Made by a program: the position numbers and the translations under genes | Notes under the pieces: generated by a model | What the model was told of the DNA's origin: nothing | Database searches by the model: none | The model's input: only the letters and a program-made list of their open reading frames with translations | In this document: piece by piece, positions 1-10,611 of the stretch | Layout: the number at the start of each line of letters is the position of its first letter | How positions within the stretch are numbered: the first letter of the stretch is position 1 | NCBI GenBank assembly: GCA_008690995.1 | Contig: VRMN01000011.1 | Coordinates: 496,001-560,000 of the forward strand | Direction of reading: 5' to 3' | From: Porphyridium purpureum | Taxonomy: Eukaryota | Length of the DNA stretch: 64,000 nucleotides

Positions 1-3000
1 GAGTTTGGCGACATCACGCTGCACCGGCGTCCGACCCGCGATTGGCTTCGTGACGCGAGACATGAGCTTGTCCGGACGCACCAATGCAAACTCACTCTCG
101 TCAAGTTCCGGTTCGCGCCAAGCACCTTTGACATTTCGCAGCAAGAAGGGCAGGCGCGGGCCCAGCAACAACAGAGCACCATTTGCATTCGCTTCCCTAT
201 GTCTTGGCAACTTTCCGCACACCAGCACGGGTCGCTTATGTACATACCACCTAAACTTCAAGCCCAGAACACTAGCACGACTCTTCCTCCATTTCGACCT
301 GTCGAGGAGACCAAGCTCAAAGTTTTTCTTGACAGACATTTGCACACCTTCCCTAGACATGCAACGCGCCCTGCGCGAAAAAATAAATTCCGTGTCCGGG
401 CCAAGTCCAGTGGCAAACGAGTGAGGGGCGTCCAGTATGCGATCCGGCGTGGAATTAGACCCTTTGCTTCTCACGTCCTGCTTCTTTCTCTTCTTCCTAA
501 CATTCGAATCTTCCTCATCAGCCTTTCTCGGCGACTTATGACTTCCATCATAATGCTCGCGGTGGGCCGCGCACAAAATGCTTGACCCATCCTGCAACAG
601 AAAGCACTTGGCTGCGAAAAGACAACGCCTATGAAACGATTTGCGGCACGCGCCGAGTAGACATCCAATCGTCGCGCCGCGCTCGTGACAATGATGGCAT
701 TTGAGTCGCCGGCCGCGTCTATATGCAGCTATGACGTTTGTCAGCTCCTCACCAGCGTCGTCTTCACTACCAGCGTCTCCAAGATCCACGGTGCACACTT
801 CTGGCGCGAGAGCGGCGCAGTTGTAGTGTACAAAGATTGGCGGTTTGCCCACTTCTAAACGGTACGGGCCCACCAAGTCCTCTGCGGCAATGCTCCTCTC
901 TCTGGGAGTCATCGGCGAGGCCGCCGGGCAAAGTGCACACGAGCGCCGTTCAACAGGAACCTCAATGTTCACTATCGAGTCTGGGTCAATTAGTGAAGTT
1001 GACTTGATGCGTTTCTTGCTACTTGAACTGATCAATACATGATCATCCGCCAACTTTTCCCTCGTCGATGGAGACGTGGAACTTTCAGGGCGCGACAGAG
1101 CAGCCGCTAGCGGACTCGCAAGCTCCTGGCTACGACCCAACTCGAGCCGGGGTTTGTGAGATGTCAAGGCTCCACTGAACGCGGGTGCTTGTCGTTTCCA
1201 GTGTCCCTGCATTTCTGAAAAAGCCTTCGTGACGTGCTGATGCTTTCCATGAAGCACAAAGTCTTCGTCATCGTCGTCGTCGCTTTCAGAGTTAATATGA
1301 TTCTCCTCGGACGCACGAAGAGAATTCAAAGGATGAAAAGAGTCGTTGTTTCTCACAGGCAGCTTTGCCTTTGTCGGCGAAGTAAGAATCTCTGCATCAT
1401 TAAAAAAGTCTCGAGGTTCCTTGACATGCTCACGAACCCGCCGCGCTTTGTTGACGGGAGCCAAAGCATCGCGAGGAAGAGCTGGCTCTGAAGCTGTCGA
1501 TTGTCTGCAAATAATCTCTTTCGGCTTCAGAAATATGTTTGCTTCGTCTGCGCTCCCTGGAGGCGGCAGGGGCGCAAAAGAAGTACCTTCTCGACCGAGT
1601 TGCCTTGAACCAGGGATCGGTGCCCTTCCTGCATCAGGGACTGATGAGCATACTGGCAAACCGGAGGACGCCAAAACCACTTCTTCATATTCTGTCCCTG
1701 ACGAAGAAGAAAGACAGGGTGTTGCCTTGCCAGTTTCAAGAGCAATTCCTCTCCCTGCGCCTCCTCGGCTTGCAGTTGCCACGTCTTGGACAGAGGTTGA
1801 AAGACTTATTGATCGACAGCTTCTGGGCGCATTTGGTAGTTGCAGAGGGCTAATCTTGCGCCTAGATGTTAATTTGGCCTGGTCTCTACGTGCCTTCGAT
1901 TCCGGGACCGTCGGCTCCGTTTCGAGCTCGCGATGGGGTTCGCTTGCGGCCGACATAGCAGCGCGAAAACCCGCTGGTTTCGCTTTCCGTACTTTAGTGC
2001 CTGCACGCGACTGGGATTGCGGTACTGGCTGCGGAAGAGAGAGTGCTGGTGCGGCAGGCAACGGCGAAGACTTATGGTCGGCGCGCACCAGCGAGCTCAC
2101 ACTTGCAGCAGGCTTCAGACGCCCTTCATCCAAAGCCTCGTCCTCTTTTGCGAGCTGTGGGCTCACACACCCGTCTTCATCAGTGCTACCCACACCATGC
2201 CGTTCTCTGATTCGTGCGTGGCGGCTGTCGTGTACCGCATCACGCCTGCTCACCCTTGACGAATCAGGCTCCGCCTTTGCTCTTGAAACGCATGAGGAAA
2301 GGGCTGACGTGGGCTTCAGCTTAAGCCTACTTCGGAGCTGTTCTTTCGATATCCGAAGCCTCGACGACGCACCCACGTTCCTTGATTTTCCAGCGTGCTT
2401 TGTAAGACTGCCGGCGAAGGGTGGTCGCGTCCTTCCTGTTCGCTGTGATGGTGTGCTTTGCATCGCGCTAGACGGCATTGCAGCCGCAGCGTGCCCGCCG
2501 TATGTTTGCGCATACTCGGCGGCTGGGTATTGATCGACAGTCTGGAAAGACGGGTTCGCGTCGTGAGCCATACTTTGCATCTGCGCGTTGTAGTACGGAT
2601 ATACCGGCGCGCCGGCTACGTCATAAGGTCTGAAATTGTTGGATGCGGGTGCCCCCGTGCCTGGCGGCGCAACACTTGGACTCACGAAACTCTCTGTTCC
2701 ATCCATCGCGTTGAATGAAAAGGCTGGTGCACCATGTGGGAAGCCCATGTACGCCATACTGCTTGCTCCATGCGGCGTCATAACATACGACGCAGTTCTC
2801 GTGGCATACGGAGCCATCGCGGGCGCATACCCCGCATACGCCACGCTGCCAGTGAAGCGCGGAGCATGCGGCGGCAGCGCATGTGATCCGGTCGGTGCAT
2901 ATACCGAGTGCGTGCCGCCTGGCGCATACGCGGGCGGCGCATTCCACATGTACGATTGCTGCGTTCCAGCACTGTGCGCCACCGTATGCGGCTCGCGCCG

Positions 3001-3093
3001 CTGCTGGTACTTCTCCTTGAGCATCCGCCATTTCAGCTGCACGGGATCGTCTTCCTCCTCGTCCGCGCGCTCATGCATTGCATATGGCTCCAT
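1..3093 (-). CDS. Large nuclear protein with an extended PHD (C2HC pre-PHD + zf-HC5HC2H) zinc finger; runs off the left edge (>1030 aa)
   Basis: Absent from the ORF track because it has no stop in the window. Hand translation from ATG 3093 gives MEPYAMHERADEEEDDPVQLKW... About 940-560 reads CALC...FVHYNCAALAPEV...RGRRLKCHHCHERGATIGCLLGACRKSFHRRC...ILCAAH, the ePHD pattern. The + ORFs at 5, 845, 1346 and 2636 are all its antisense shadow frame. Confidence 0.8.
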   Translation of the reverse strand, partial: MEPYAMHERADEEEDDPVQLKWRMLKEKYQQRREPHTVAHSAGTQQSYMWNAPPAYAPGGTHSVYAPTGSHALPPHAPRFTGSVAYAGYAPAMAPYATRTASYVMTPHGASSMAYMGFPHGAPAFSFNAMDGTESFVSPSVAPPGTGAPASNNFRPYDVAGAPVYPYYNAQMQSMAHDANPSFQTVDQYPAAEYAQTYGGHAAAAMPSSAMQSTPSQRTGRTRPPFAGSLTKHAGKSRNVGASSRLRISKEQLRSRLKLKPTSALSSCVSRAKAEPDSSRVSRRDAVHDSRHARIRERHGVGSTDEDGCVSPQLAKEDEALDEGRLKPAASVSSLVRADHKSSPLPAAPALSLPQPVPQSQSRAGTKVRKAKPAGFRAAMSAASEPHRELETEPTVPESKARRDQAKLTSRRKISPLQLPNAPRSCRSISLSTSVQDVATASRGGAGRGIALETGKATPCLSSSSGTEYEEVVLASSGLPVCSSVPDAGRAPIPGSRQLGREGTSFAPLPPPGSADEANIFLKPKEIICRQSTASEPALPRDALAPVNKARRVREHVKEPRDFFNDAEILTSPTKAKLPVRNNDSFHPLNSLRASEENHINSESDDDDDEDFVLHGKHQHVTKAFSEMQGHWKRQAPAFSGALTSHKPRLELGRSQELASPLAAALSRPESSTSPSTREKLADDHVLISSSSKKRIKSTSLIDPDSIVNIEVPVERRSCALCPAASPMTPRERSIAAEDLVGPYRLEVGKPPIFVHYNCAALAPEVCTVDLGDAGSEDDAGEELTNVIAAYRRGRRLKCHHCHERGATIGCLLGACRKSFHRRCLFAAKCFLLQDGSSILCAAHREHYDGSHKSPRKADEEDSNVRKKRKKQDVRSKGSNSTPDRILDAPHSFATGLGPDTEFIFSRRARCMSREGVQMSVKKNFELGLLDRSKWRKSRASVLGLKFRWYVHKRPVLVCGKLPRHREANANGALLLLGPRLPFLLRNVKGAWREPELDESEFALVRPDKLMSRVTKPIAGRTPVQRDVAKL

Positions 3094-3310
3094 GCTTCCC
3101 GGCCATGCATTCGGACGTTCTTGGCGCAGATACGCACAGACAGATACTCACACCGCACCCCTCAGCTCCGGCTCCAGCACAACAAACATGCATATAACCA
3201 TCTCCCCCTTCTCTCTCCCTCTCTTCTTCCCTTCACCGAGCCCGAGAGGAAAAAAAAAGTCCCGCCAAAAACTTGCGAGTGGACCAGATGAGTGTACAGT
3301 TGGTTGTTCT

Positions 3311-4118
3311 CTTTAAATTCTCGCACGCTTGATGATGACAAGCGCACGAGCTCGGATGACACAACCCTTCTCAGATGACCGAACCCCAGCAACACGACGC
3401 ACACGGCACAGAGAACACAACCACACGACGCACACAACACAGACGACGAATACCCGGGGCGTGGAAAATCCAACGTATAGGGCCTCTACTATTGCCTTTC
3501 GCGTCGGCACAGACAGCACCGGTCTCGACAGGGGCAGGGTGTCGTAACGGACAAAGCCGCCGTCTGCCTTCAGTGCTCCAAGAGCACCGAAACCCCCCAG
3601 ACACGATGTGCTGCTGGCTCTGCTACACAGGCTCAGCAAAAGGCCCCACGTCTTCCGACGACCACGCCCAGGCACCCGACACCAAAGAACAACTCTTCCT
3701 TTATTCTCTGTGTCGTACTCCCTTGCCTCTTCTTCTTCCGCTCTAAAGAAAATCCGGGGAACCGCACAGGCCCGCGCCCATTATATACCCCGCCGTCCTT
3801 GCTGTCCTTGACGCGGAAGGGAGAAATTATTTCTCCCAAAGGCTGGGCTTTCCTCCGTTCGTTCCACAGAACGAAGCCACAGCCAGCCACGTCAGCAAGC
3901 GGCTCAATGGGTGCCGGCCGGCCGCCAAGCGGCTCCTGCTTCCCTCGGACACGCGACTCCGGCTCCTCGGGGCGAAAGACAACAATGCACAAAACCAGAG
4001 GTACAGGGTAAAAAACCACGCGGGCGAAAAAGCCCCTGTACCTCAAAGAATTCCGAGACGCCGTACCTCTAGGTGTACACCCAGGGCGTCTCTCGGACCG
4101 GAACACTTTTAATCCATG
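3311..4118 (-). repeat. 3' LTR of element A (808 bp)
   Basis: Matches 14735-15543 except for about 4 substitutions and 1 indel seen by eye. The pol stop codon (4109) lies inside it. Confidence 0.95.
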
Positions 4119-5997
4119 CTCCTCCTTCCGATCTGAGGGACGCGTAACATGTTCCAACACCTGATGTGACCTTCCGGAAACAAAGGCTTTGTCATCAAGT
4201 CGGACACGTTTTCTCCCGTCCTCACATACTCCAATGTCACCAACTTCTGCTTCTCGCAAATTTGGTGTATCCACGCCAAGTCCGTGGCTCTGGTTACTGC
4301 CATGTGATGCAACTTTGGCGAATATCCCATCTCGACCGCACGGAGAACAACTTGACTATCACAAAGCAGGGTCAACGCATAATCCCCCTCCTGCACGCTT
4401 CGAAGAAACGACAATGCCGGAAACAAAGATAACTGCACCGTTTCTTCCAGAGCGGCCATCTCAGACTCAGAGGTCGAAGAGCTAACAAAGCGTTGCCTTC
4501 TGGAGCTCCAATCGACCAGATACTTGTTTCCACCCGCGACCAAGTACGTCACTCTTCCAGACGTTGACTTGCGCGTTTCCGGGCATCCAGCAAAGTCGGC
4601 ATCAGCATAGCCCAAGACGCTTACGTCACCGACCTTCAATGACGTCATCCGCAAATACTCAAGTGGCTCACGAGGAACCTTCAAGTATTGCATGACGCGA
4701 ACCAGGAGTCTCTCAGCTGCGACGTTCCAGCTATCCACATACCGAGCCACCACTCCAACTGCGTAGGAGATATCCGGTCTGACCGTCCTGGCCAACCACA
4801 GCAGCCTCCCAACATGCTCGCGTATTTTCAGATGCCCATGTTCGACTTGAACATCCAATACAGCGTCAGCATTCATCTTCTCGCCTGGTGACTTCACTGC
4901 TCGCAGCACCTGCCCAAGCTCTTCTTCAAATTCCTTCACCACCAAGGTTTGGTAGTGATCATGATCCAACGAAAACCGTGTCGCCGACTCCGAGATCATG
5001 AGACCTAGGAACCTTAACGGGGCTCCTTCCGAGAGGACTTCTGGCTCCTTCTCAATGAGGAACTCTGACCTCAACTCTCGAAATATCTCACCCCGATCCT
5101 TCTCGGCACACGCGAGCAGGCCATCGTCGACATACAAGGCCAAGAGTGCAACAGATGCACTTCCCGCCATCTTTTTCACGTATACGTTCTTCTCGCCGTG
5201 AATCAAATCCCACCCGAACTTTTGAAGTCTTCTGCGGGCATCGATGGAAAAGTCAGACCCGCTTCTTGGTAAGCCATAAAGCGCCCTCCTTAAGCGAACG
5301 ACAAGTCCATCACCTCCTCCTGGAACGTGACGGGGCAACATGGCAAACGTCGGTGGTCCTGACAAGTCAGCGTGTAAGTACGCCGACGTCACATCGAACG
5401 ACACGATTTTCAATCCCAGGATCGCGGCCAAAGCTATCAACATTCTGATTGCAGACAGGCCCGCGGGCACCTCATAGTCAAACACATCCTGAGTGACCTT
5501 CCCTGAGGCATCCCAAATCCTATTTCCACCAGCAACAAGCCGACACTTGACCTTGCGAAACTCCTCCGGAAGCTCAGCGAACTTCAATCCGAATATAAAG
5601 TGTGTCCGCACAAATCGTGCGCCTGGGACCTTGAGAGCTTCTTCCCTTGAAATAGGTTGCTCATCCCATACCTTGAATCGAATCATCAAGTCCACTTCTT
5701 TTTGCATGGCTTCTCTTCCAGCCGAAGAAGCCAGAGCTTGGCTCGTCTGCAACAAAGTTGTCAAGTTCAATTGCGGTGTTTCTGGAGCAACTCCTGCGCG
5801 TTGCTTCCAATTTTCCTCCGAGAGGCCCATATTATGGGCCCGGGCTCGCACATCCTTTCCGTTTCTTGAATTGCGGAACACTGCCTTGTATTCTTGCAGA
5901 GTTCTTTCCCACTTCCCCCAGCCAAAGAGCCGTAAGCCATCCATGATGGCCTGATCCTCTTCCCGGCTCCAAGCTACACTGGGTTTTCGTTTCCCCC
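4109..5997 (-). CDS. pol: Element A pol, 3' part: Myb/SANT-like domain, Copia-type RT and RNase H (cut off from the 5' part by element C)
   Basis: Motifs KCRLVAGG, DVTSAYLHADL, LRRALYGL, LYVDD, RPDISYAV, GYADADFAG, STSG, SSSTSESE and SDLMTKPL are the Ty1/Copia RT-RNaseH series. The N-terminal segment WSREED..GL..FG.G.W is Myb-like. Confidence 0.93.
4119..4129 (-). promoter_or_regulatory. Polypurine tract of element A (GGAAGGAGGAG)
   Basis: Abuts the 3' LTR. The identical 11-mer abuts the 3' LTR of B. Confidence 0.85.
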
Positions 5998-6001
5998 TTC
6001 T

Positions 6002-6293
6002 TGTCACAAACGGAGCTTCTTTTCTTTACTTCTTCTTCTCTCCTCCTCTACCTACTCTCTTCTTCCTAGCCTTTTTTCTTCGTTCGGCTGCCGCTCGCTC
6101 TGTTTTATACCCGCCTTCCGGCGCCGCAACGGCTTGCCCGGCGGGTTCAGCCCTCGGAATAACCCAATCCCGCGGCCCTCAACATAACTCAGCTGTACCA
6201 CACGGTACACCCACAGCTGTACTTTCAGTACACTTAGGGACTGTACCTCTGCGTACTCGCTGTACTGAGACCTGCATCAGGTCGCTCGCGACA
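6002..6293 (-). repeat. 3' LTR of element C
   Basis: TGTCAC...GCGACA, repeated at 11937-12228. Purine-rich GGGAAGTGTGGGA lies immediately upstream on the minus strand (PPT). Confidence 0.95.
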
Positions 6294-6819
6294 TCCCACA
6301 CTTCCCGCTTATCCACAGCGACCATTGCGATAGCGTGTTCTAAGCCCACGCGCCGCATGCATAGCAGCCGTTCCCGTGCCGCTCAACAGGTTCAAGCACA
6401 ATGAGCTGAGATCGAGCGGACGAAGTACAGTGTAAGCTGACAGGGTACAGTGCCAGCAACAGGGCCAAAAAAATAAGGTGGCCGGTGCCGCTCACAAGTG
6501 ACGCCCACTGACAAGACCCCGTACAGGCTGCCATCCCCCTCCCCCGCTAACCTTAAAGGAAAGGTGCGCTGTTACGGCTCTGCCCAATGTCACCCCGGGG
6601 AATTACCCTAGCCACGGATCCCCAGCATTTCACAGGGGCAGTTTTCTCTAATCAGGGAGTGCCTAAGATCCTCTTCAATTCTCGTTTGCCAAACTGCCGA
6701 AATTTAGAGTATATACACCCCCAAATATGGACTCAGGTACAGTATTACTGTACTTCACTGTACACAGACTGTACTTCATTTTGTTCTTTATCATTCGTTC
6801 TACCGTCTTGCTGCGGGCA

Positions 6820-6956
6820 CGGCTCCTTCTTTACCGTCCAGCCATGGACACAGCTCCTTCTTTAATGTCCAGCAACGGACACAGCTCCTTCTTTATAGTC
6901 CAGCAACGGACCCAGCTCCTTCTTTACCGTCCAGCCACGGACACTCCATCTTTATT
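6820..6956. repeat. About 4.5 tandem copies of a 31-bp unit (CAGCTCCTTCTTTAccGTCCAGCcACGGACA) in the 3' untranslated region of element C
   Basis: Units start at about 6820, 6851, 6882, 6913 and 6944, with no spacers. Confidence 0.85.
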
Positions 6957-7002
6957 CGAACATTTTTTTTTGAGAGCAGCGACGGCCGATAGCCACCCAG
7001 CG

Positions 7003-10000
7003 TCAAACACCTTCTGCCATGTCTCGGTACGCGGCTACCAGCATGGGCGGGAGCGTCTTCTCAGCCTCCCATGTGTCGCCTCGCTTCCCCATACCCCGCC
7101 ATCTCACCTTGTACTCGCGGCCTCCACCCGCAGCCCGATCTTCCACAATTGCCTCCACCACCCAACTTGCATCTCCTCCAGCGAACACGTTCGTGCCGGC
7201 CATGTCTACCACGTCCGGGTCTGCCTTGTGCAAGCGGTTCACATGCACGAGCTGGCCATGGAGCTCTGCGTCATCTCGGCCGTTTGCGCTGACCACGACT
7301 GCGTGAACCCCGTTCCGCTTTGTGATGCGGAAAGGTCCGAGCCACGGCTTTGTCAGCTTGCGACCCTGCCTCGTACTTGGGCACCACACGTATACGATGT
7401 CGCCCTCGGCAAACGTTTCCTTGTTCCGATGAATGTTTCTGTCATAGTACCTTGCAAACCTCTCGGCGTTCTCCGACATCTTATTCCCGGCGAGCCGATA
7501 GGCGCGCGCCAGCTGTGCGGAGATATCTTGCGGTTGCTGGCCCCCTTCAACCGCTCGCGGTCCGGCCATGCTTGCCCAGTCCTTGGCTGGCGACCCAAAC
7601 ATCATTTCGTACGGCGAGAAGCCGGTGGCTGCGTGGCGCGACGTGTTGTACGCGTAGGTTACAACGGACAGCCACCTATCCCAGTCGCGCGAGCTTGCAC
7701 TGACGTACGCCGACAGCATCTTGCACAGGGTCGCATTGAAGCGCTCCACCCTTCCGTTCGTCTGCGGGTGGTAGGCTGTCGTCATGAGCCTCCGGATTCC
7801 GAGTCTGGCGCAAAGCGACGTGATCACCTCACCGACAAAGTTTGAGCCCCGGTCGGACAAGATGGACTCCGGCGGGCCAAAGACAGTCAACCACGTCTGC
7901 AGGAAACTCCGCGCCACGGTCTCTGCCTTCTCGTCCGGGAGCGCCACGGCAACCGCCCATCGCGTCCAAGCATCCATCATGACGAGCACCTTGATATTTC
8001 CCGTTCGCGTCTCCGGACTGATGGTGAGGATGTCCATGCCTACAATTTCAAAGCGTCTGGACGCCGAGTACTGCACCATCGCCGCGTTCCGGCGGGGTGG
8101 TGGTGCCTTGCGCGCTATGCACTCGTGGCAGCACCGAACGAACTTCCGAACGTCTTCTGTCCACCCGGGCCACCACCACTGCGCGTCGGCTATCCTCGCC
8201 GCCGTCCTCGCCGTCCCCATGTGAGCTGACAGCGGGGCTCCGTGATAGACGTTGAGAACTGCCGACACAAGCGCGTCAGGGACCACCCGCCTGGGCATGT
8301 CTTTCAGCAACGCAAACACAATCCCGTCTTCGTCCACGATATACTCAGGGAAGGAGTACTTTGGCGCGGGTCCTGATAGGTTCTTGAGCTCCGCGCAGAT
8401 TTGCTCGTCCTCTGCGTACGCTGCTCTGAGCTCGTCGTCCGTGGGCACAGCGTATAGCGCCCCACTGTCTTGCGTGTCCCGTACCTCCCGGACCTCTTCT
8501 TCCGTGCCAGTGTCCAGAGGAGTACGCGATAGCGCATCGGCCACGATATTCGCTGCGCCTGGCTTGTGCTTCACGTCAAACTCGAAATCTTGCACGCGCA
8601 TGATCCACCTTGCCGTCCGACCCCGTGGCTCTTTCTGGCGAAGCAGCCACAGCAGCGCCGAGTGATCCGTCACGAGAATGAACTTCTTGCCGAACAGATA
8701 GTGCCTGAACTTTTCCATGGATAGTATGGCACCCAAGCACTCTTGCTCCGTGACGCTGTAGTTCAGCTCTGCGCCTCGGAATGCCCTTGAGTAAAAGGCC
8801 ACCGGGCGCCGCTGGTCCCCTTGAAGCAAGACCGCGCCAATGCCCACCTGGCTCGCGTCGACTTCAAGAACCATCTCGGCGGCCGGATTGAATGCAACCA
8901 GGACTGCGCTACCGTCGTCCATCGGATCACCTAGCGCATGGCGTAGGTCTATGAACGCGGCGCGCTGGTCGTCCCCGAATCTGCTCGCCCACTCTGCGCC
9001 ACCGGCCGTCTTCCGGTGGAAGCCACCTTTCTTGTCCGTCAATCCGAGCCCAGTCAGCGCTCGCCTCAGCGGGAGGGCACGCTCCTCGAAGTTCGGTATG
9101 AAGTTACGAAACCAGCCGACCAGTCCCAGGAACCGCTGCAGGTCCTTCGCTTCTTCTGGCTCTGGCCACTCCAGGATTGCCCGCGTCTTATCTACCCCAG
9201 GCCGCAAACCTTGCGGGCCAATGCGATGGCCCAGAAACTGTACTTCTGCCAGAGCAATCTTGCACTTGCGGGCCGACAGTGTAAGTCCCGACGCCGCGAA
9301 CCTTCGCAAGATCTGACGAAGTCCTTCCACATGTTCCTCGAAGGTCTCATGTCCCACTGTCAGATCGTCAATGTAGATCTGCGCGTGTGCATGGCGCATA
9401 GGGCCCAAAATCCGGTTGTTGAGTCGCTGAAACGTTGGCGGGCTATTGCAGCAGCCCTGCGGCAGACGCGTGTATTCAAATAGCCCCTCACGTGTGATCA
9501 TGGCAGTCAAATGCATGCTTTCTGGCGCAAGGGGCACCTGGAAAAACCCGTCCTTGAGATCGAGAGCGCTCTTCCATCGGCGCCTCGAAAGCCAGTCGAG
9601 CATCTCCCCAACGTCTGGGATTGGGTACCTGTCCTTGATTGTGATTGCATTGAGCGGGCGAAAGTCGGTAGTCATCCGATACGATCCATCTGGTTTCCGG
9701 ATCAGTACGTTGGCTGCTGCACACTCCGACGTGCTCGGCTGCAGCACTCCCTTAGCGACAAGGGCTTCGACCAGGCTGCGCTCAGCCTCGTTCTCGGCCT
9801 CTGAGCGCCTGCGCACTTTGGCCACCAGAGGGCGCTGGCCCGGTTCGACAGTGATGGTGTGTTCCACCAGGTCCGTTAATCCCATGGACGGCCTGAACAG
9901 CACCCACGCCTCAGCTAGGACGTCGCCGACTCGTTTGCGCTGCTCGGGCTCGAGATGCCCAAGCTCGATGGCCGCGGCGTTGCGCAGGGCTTCCTCTTTC

Positions 10001-10611
10001 TCGGCCGCGTGCTTCTGCTCCAGCTGGGCGATTCGACGATCAATCTCGCCCGGTTCTTCAAGATGACCGATGTGTTCTGGGCCCGGCAGACCACTCACTT
10101 GCTCGAACGGTAGAGAACCTCCACGCTTGAAGAACACAGCTTGACCTGGCAGCACGGCCGCGACTTCTCGAACCTGGAAGTCCCAGCCGATTAAGAGATC
10201 TGTCTTGAGGTGTTCCGCCACTCGGACCGTCTCGCACGGAAAAACGAAAGACCCGAGATGCAGATCCAGAAACCCAACGCTGACTCTGCCCAAGGAGGCG
10301 CCGTCCGGCCCTCGCGCTCCCCAACTTGACGGCTGCGTTTTCAAGCCGAGCCGGTCAGCCACGCTCGGGCTCACCCATGTTGAGTTTGCGCCCGTGTCCA
10401 GAACTGCCAGTGCGACCACTGCCTGGCCACATGCGGTGAGCTTCACCCGCAACGTCGGACTGTTGTCCGCACGCACGGCCAGCTCCGCGTCGCCGTCTTG
10501 TTCCTTGGCGTACGCCGCGCCTTGCAACTCTGCCTCACCTGAGGCATCGCCCGGCTCCCACCATTCCATGCAGGGGGCAGCTACTGCTTGCTGCCCCACT
10601 GCCCGTTTTTT
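7003..10611 (-). CDS. pol: Element C pol: aspartic protease, RT, RNase H, integrase (HHCC, DDE, GPF) and C-terminal chromodomain; probably expressed by -1 frameshift
   Basis: Motifs LDTGA; DFRPLN, LDLKDGFFQ, PQGCCNSP, YIDD; DAS..GIGAVL, TDH, ADALSR; SDRG..F, PQTNGRVERFN; WLGPF; WVVEAIVEDR...EYKVRWRG....DTWE. Confidence 0.95.
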   Translation of the reverse strand, partial: KKRAVGQQAVAAPCMEWWEPGDASGEAELQGAAYAKEQDGDAELAVRADNSPTLRVKLTACGQAVVALAVLDTGANSTWVSPSVADRLGLKTQPSSWGARGPDGASLGRVSVGFLDLHLGSFVFPCETVRVAEHLKTDLLIGWDFQVREVAAVLPGQAVFFKRGGSLPFEQVSGLPGPEHIGHLEEPGEIDRRIAQLEQKHAAEKEEALRNAAAIELGHLEPEQRKRVGDVLAEAWVLFRPSMGLTDLVEHTITVEPGQRPLVAKVRRRSEAENEAERSLVEALVAKGVLQPSTSECAAANVLIRKPDGSYRMTTDFRPLNAITIKDRYPIPDVGEMLDWLSRRRWKSALDLKDGFFQVPLAPESMHLTAMITREGLFEYTRLPQGCCNSPPTFQRLNNRILGPMRHAHAQIYIDDLTVGHETFEEHVEGLRQILRRFAASGLTLSARKCKIALAEVQFLGHRIGPQGLRPGVDKTRAILEWPEPEEAKDLQRFLGLVGWFRNFIPNFEERALPLRRALTGLGLTDKKGGFHRKTAGGAEWASRFGDDQRAAFIDLRHALGDPMDDGSAVLVAFNPAAEMVLEVDASQVGIGAVLLQGDQRRPVAFYSRAFRGAELNYSVTEQECLGAILSMEKFRHYLFGKKFILVTDHSALLWLLRQKEPRGRTARWIMRVQDFEFDVKHKPGAANIVADALSRTPLDTGTEEEVREVRDTQDSGALYAVPTDDELRAAYAEDEQICAELKNLSGPAPKYSFPEYIVDEDGIVFALLKDMPRRVVPDALVSAVLNVYHGAPLSAHMGTARTAARIADAQWWWPGWTEDVRKFVRCCHECIARKAPPPRRNAAMVQYSASRRFEIVGMDILTISPETRTGNIKVLVMMDAWTRWAVAVALPDEKAETVARSFLQTWLTVFGPPESILSDRGSNFVGEVITSLCARLGIRRLMTTAYHPQTNGRVERFNATLCKMLSAYVSASSRDWDRWLSVVTYAYNTSRHAATGFSPYEMMFGSPAKDWASMAGPRAVEGGQQPQDISAQLARAYRLAGNKMSENAERFARYYDRNIHRNKETFAEGDIVYVWCPSTRQGRKLTKPWLGPFRITKRNGVHAVVVSANGRDDAELHGQLVHVNRLHKADPDVVDMAGTNVFAGGDASWVVEAIVEDRAAGGGREYKVRWRGMGKRGDTWEAEKTLPPMLVAAYRDMAEGV
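10574..10611 (-). promoter_or_regulatory. -1 frameshift signal of element C: A_AAA_AAC, 7-nt spacer, 8-bp stem GGGGCAGC/GCTGCCCC
   Basis: The heptamer is in the gag frame at 10605-10611, and pol is in the -1 frame and open across it. Confidence 0.8.

Noticed and set aside
5..3316. Plus-strand ORFs 5-424, 1346-2533 and 2636-3316
   Set aside because: They are the antisense shadow frame of the minus-strand ePHD gene.
3313..4274. Short ORFs duplicated at 3.3-4.2/14.7-15.5 kb and at 15.7-16.3/20.7-21.3 kb
   Set aside because: They lie within LTRs, so the duplication reflects LTR identity; no recognisable protein.
6820..6956. CRISPR-like appearance of the 31-bp repeats
   Set aside because: Units are contiguous with no unique spacers, there are no cas genes, and the context is a eukaryotic retrotransposon.
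6294..7845. Possible env-like or antisense third gene in element C (6727-7845 +, 6587-6865 +)
   Set aside because: These are the antisense shadow of the integrase/chromodomain plus translated tandem repeat; there is no sense-strand ORF with signal peptide or TM.
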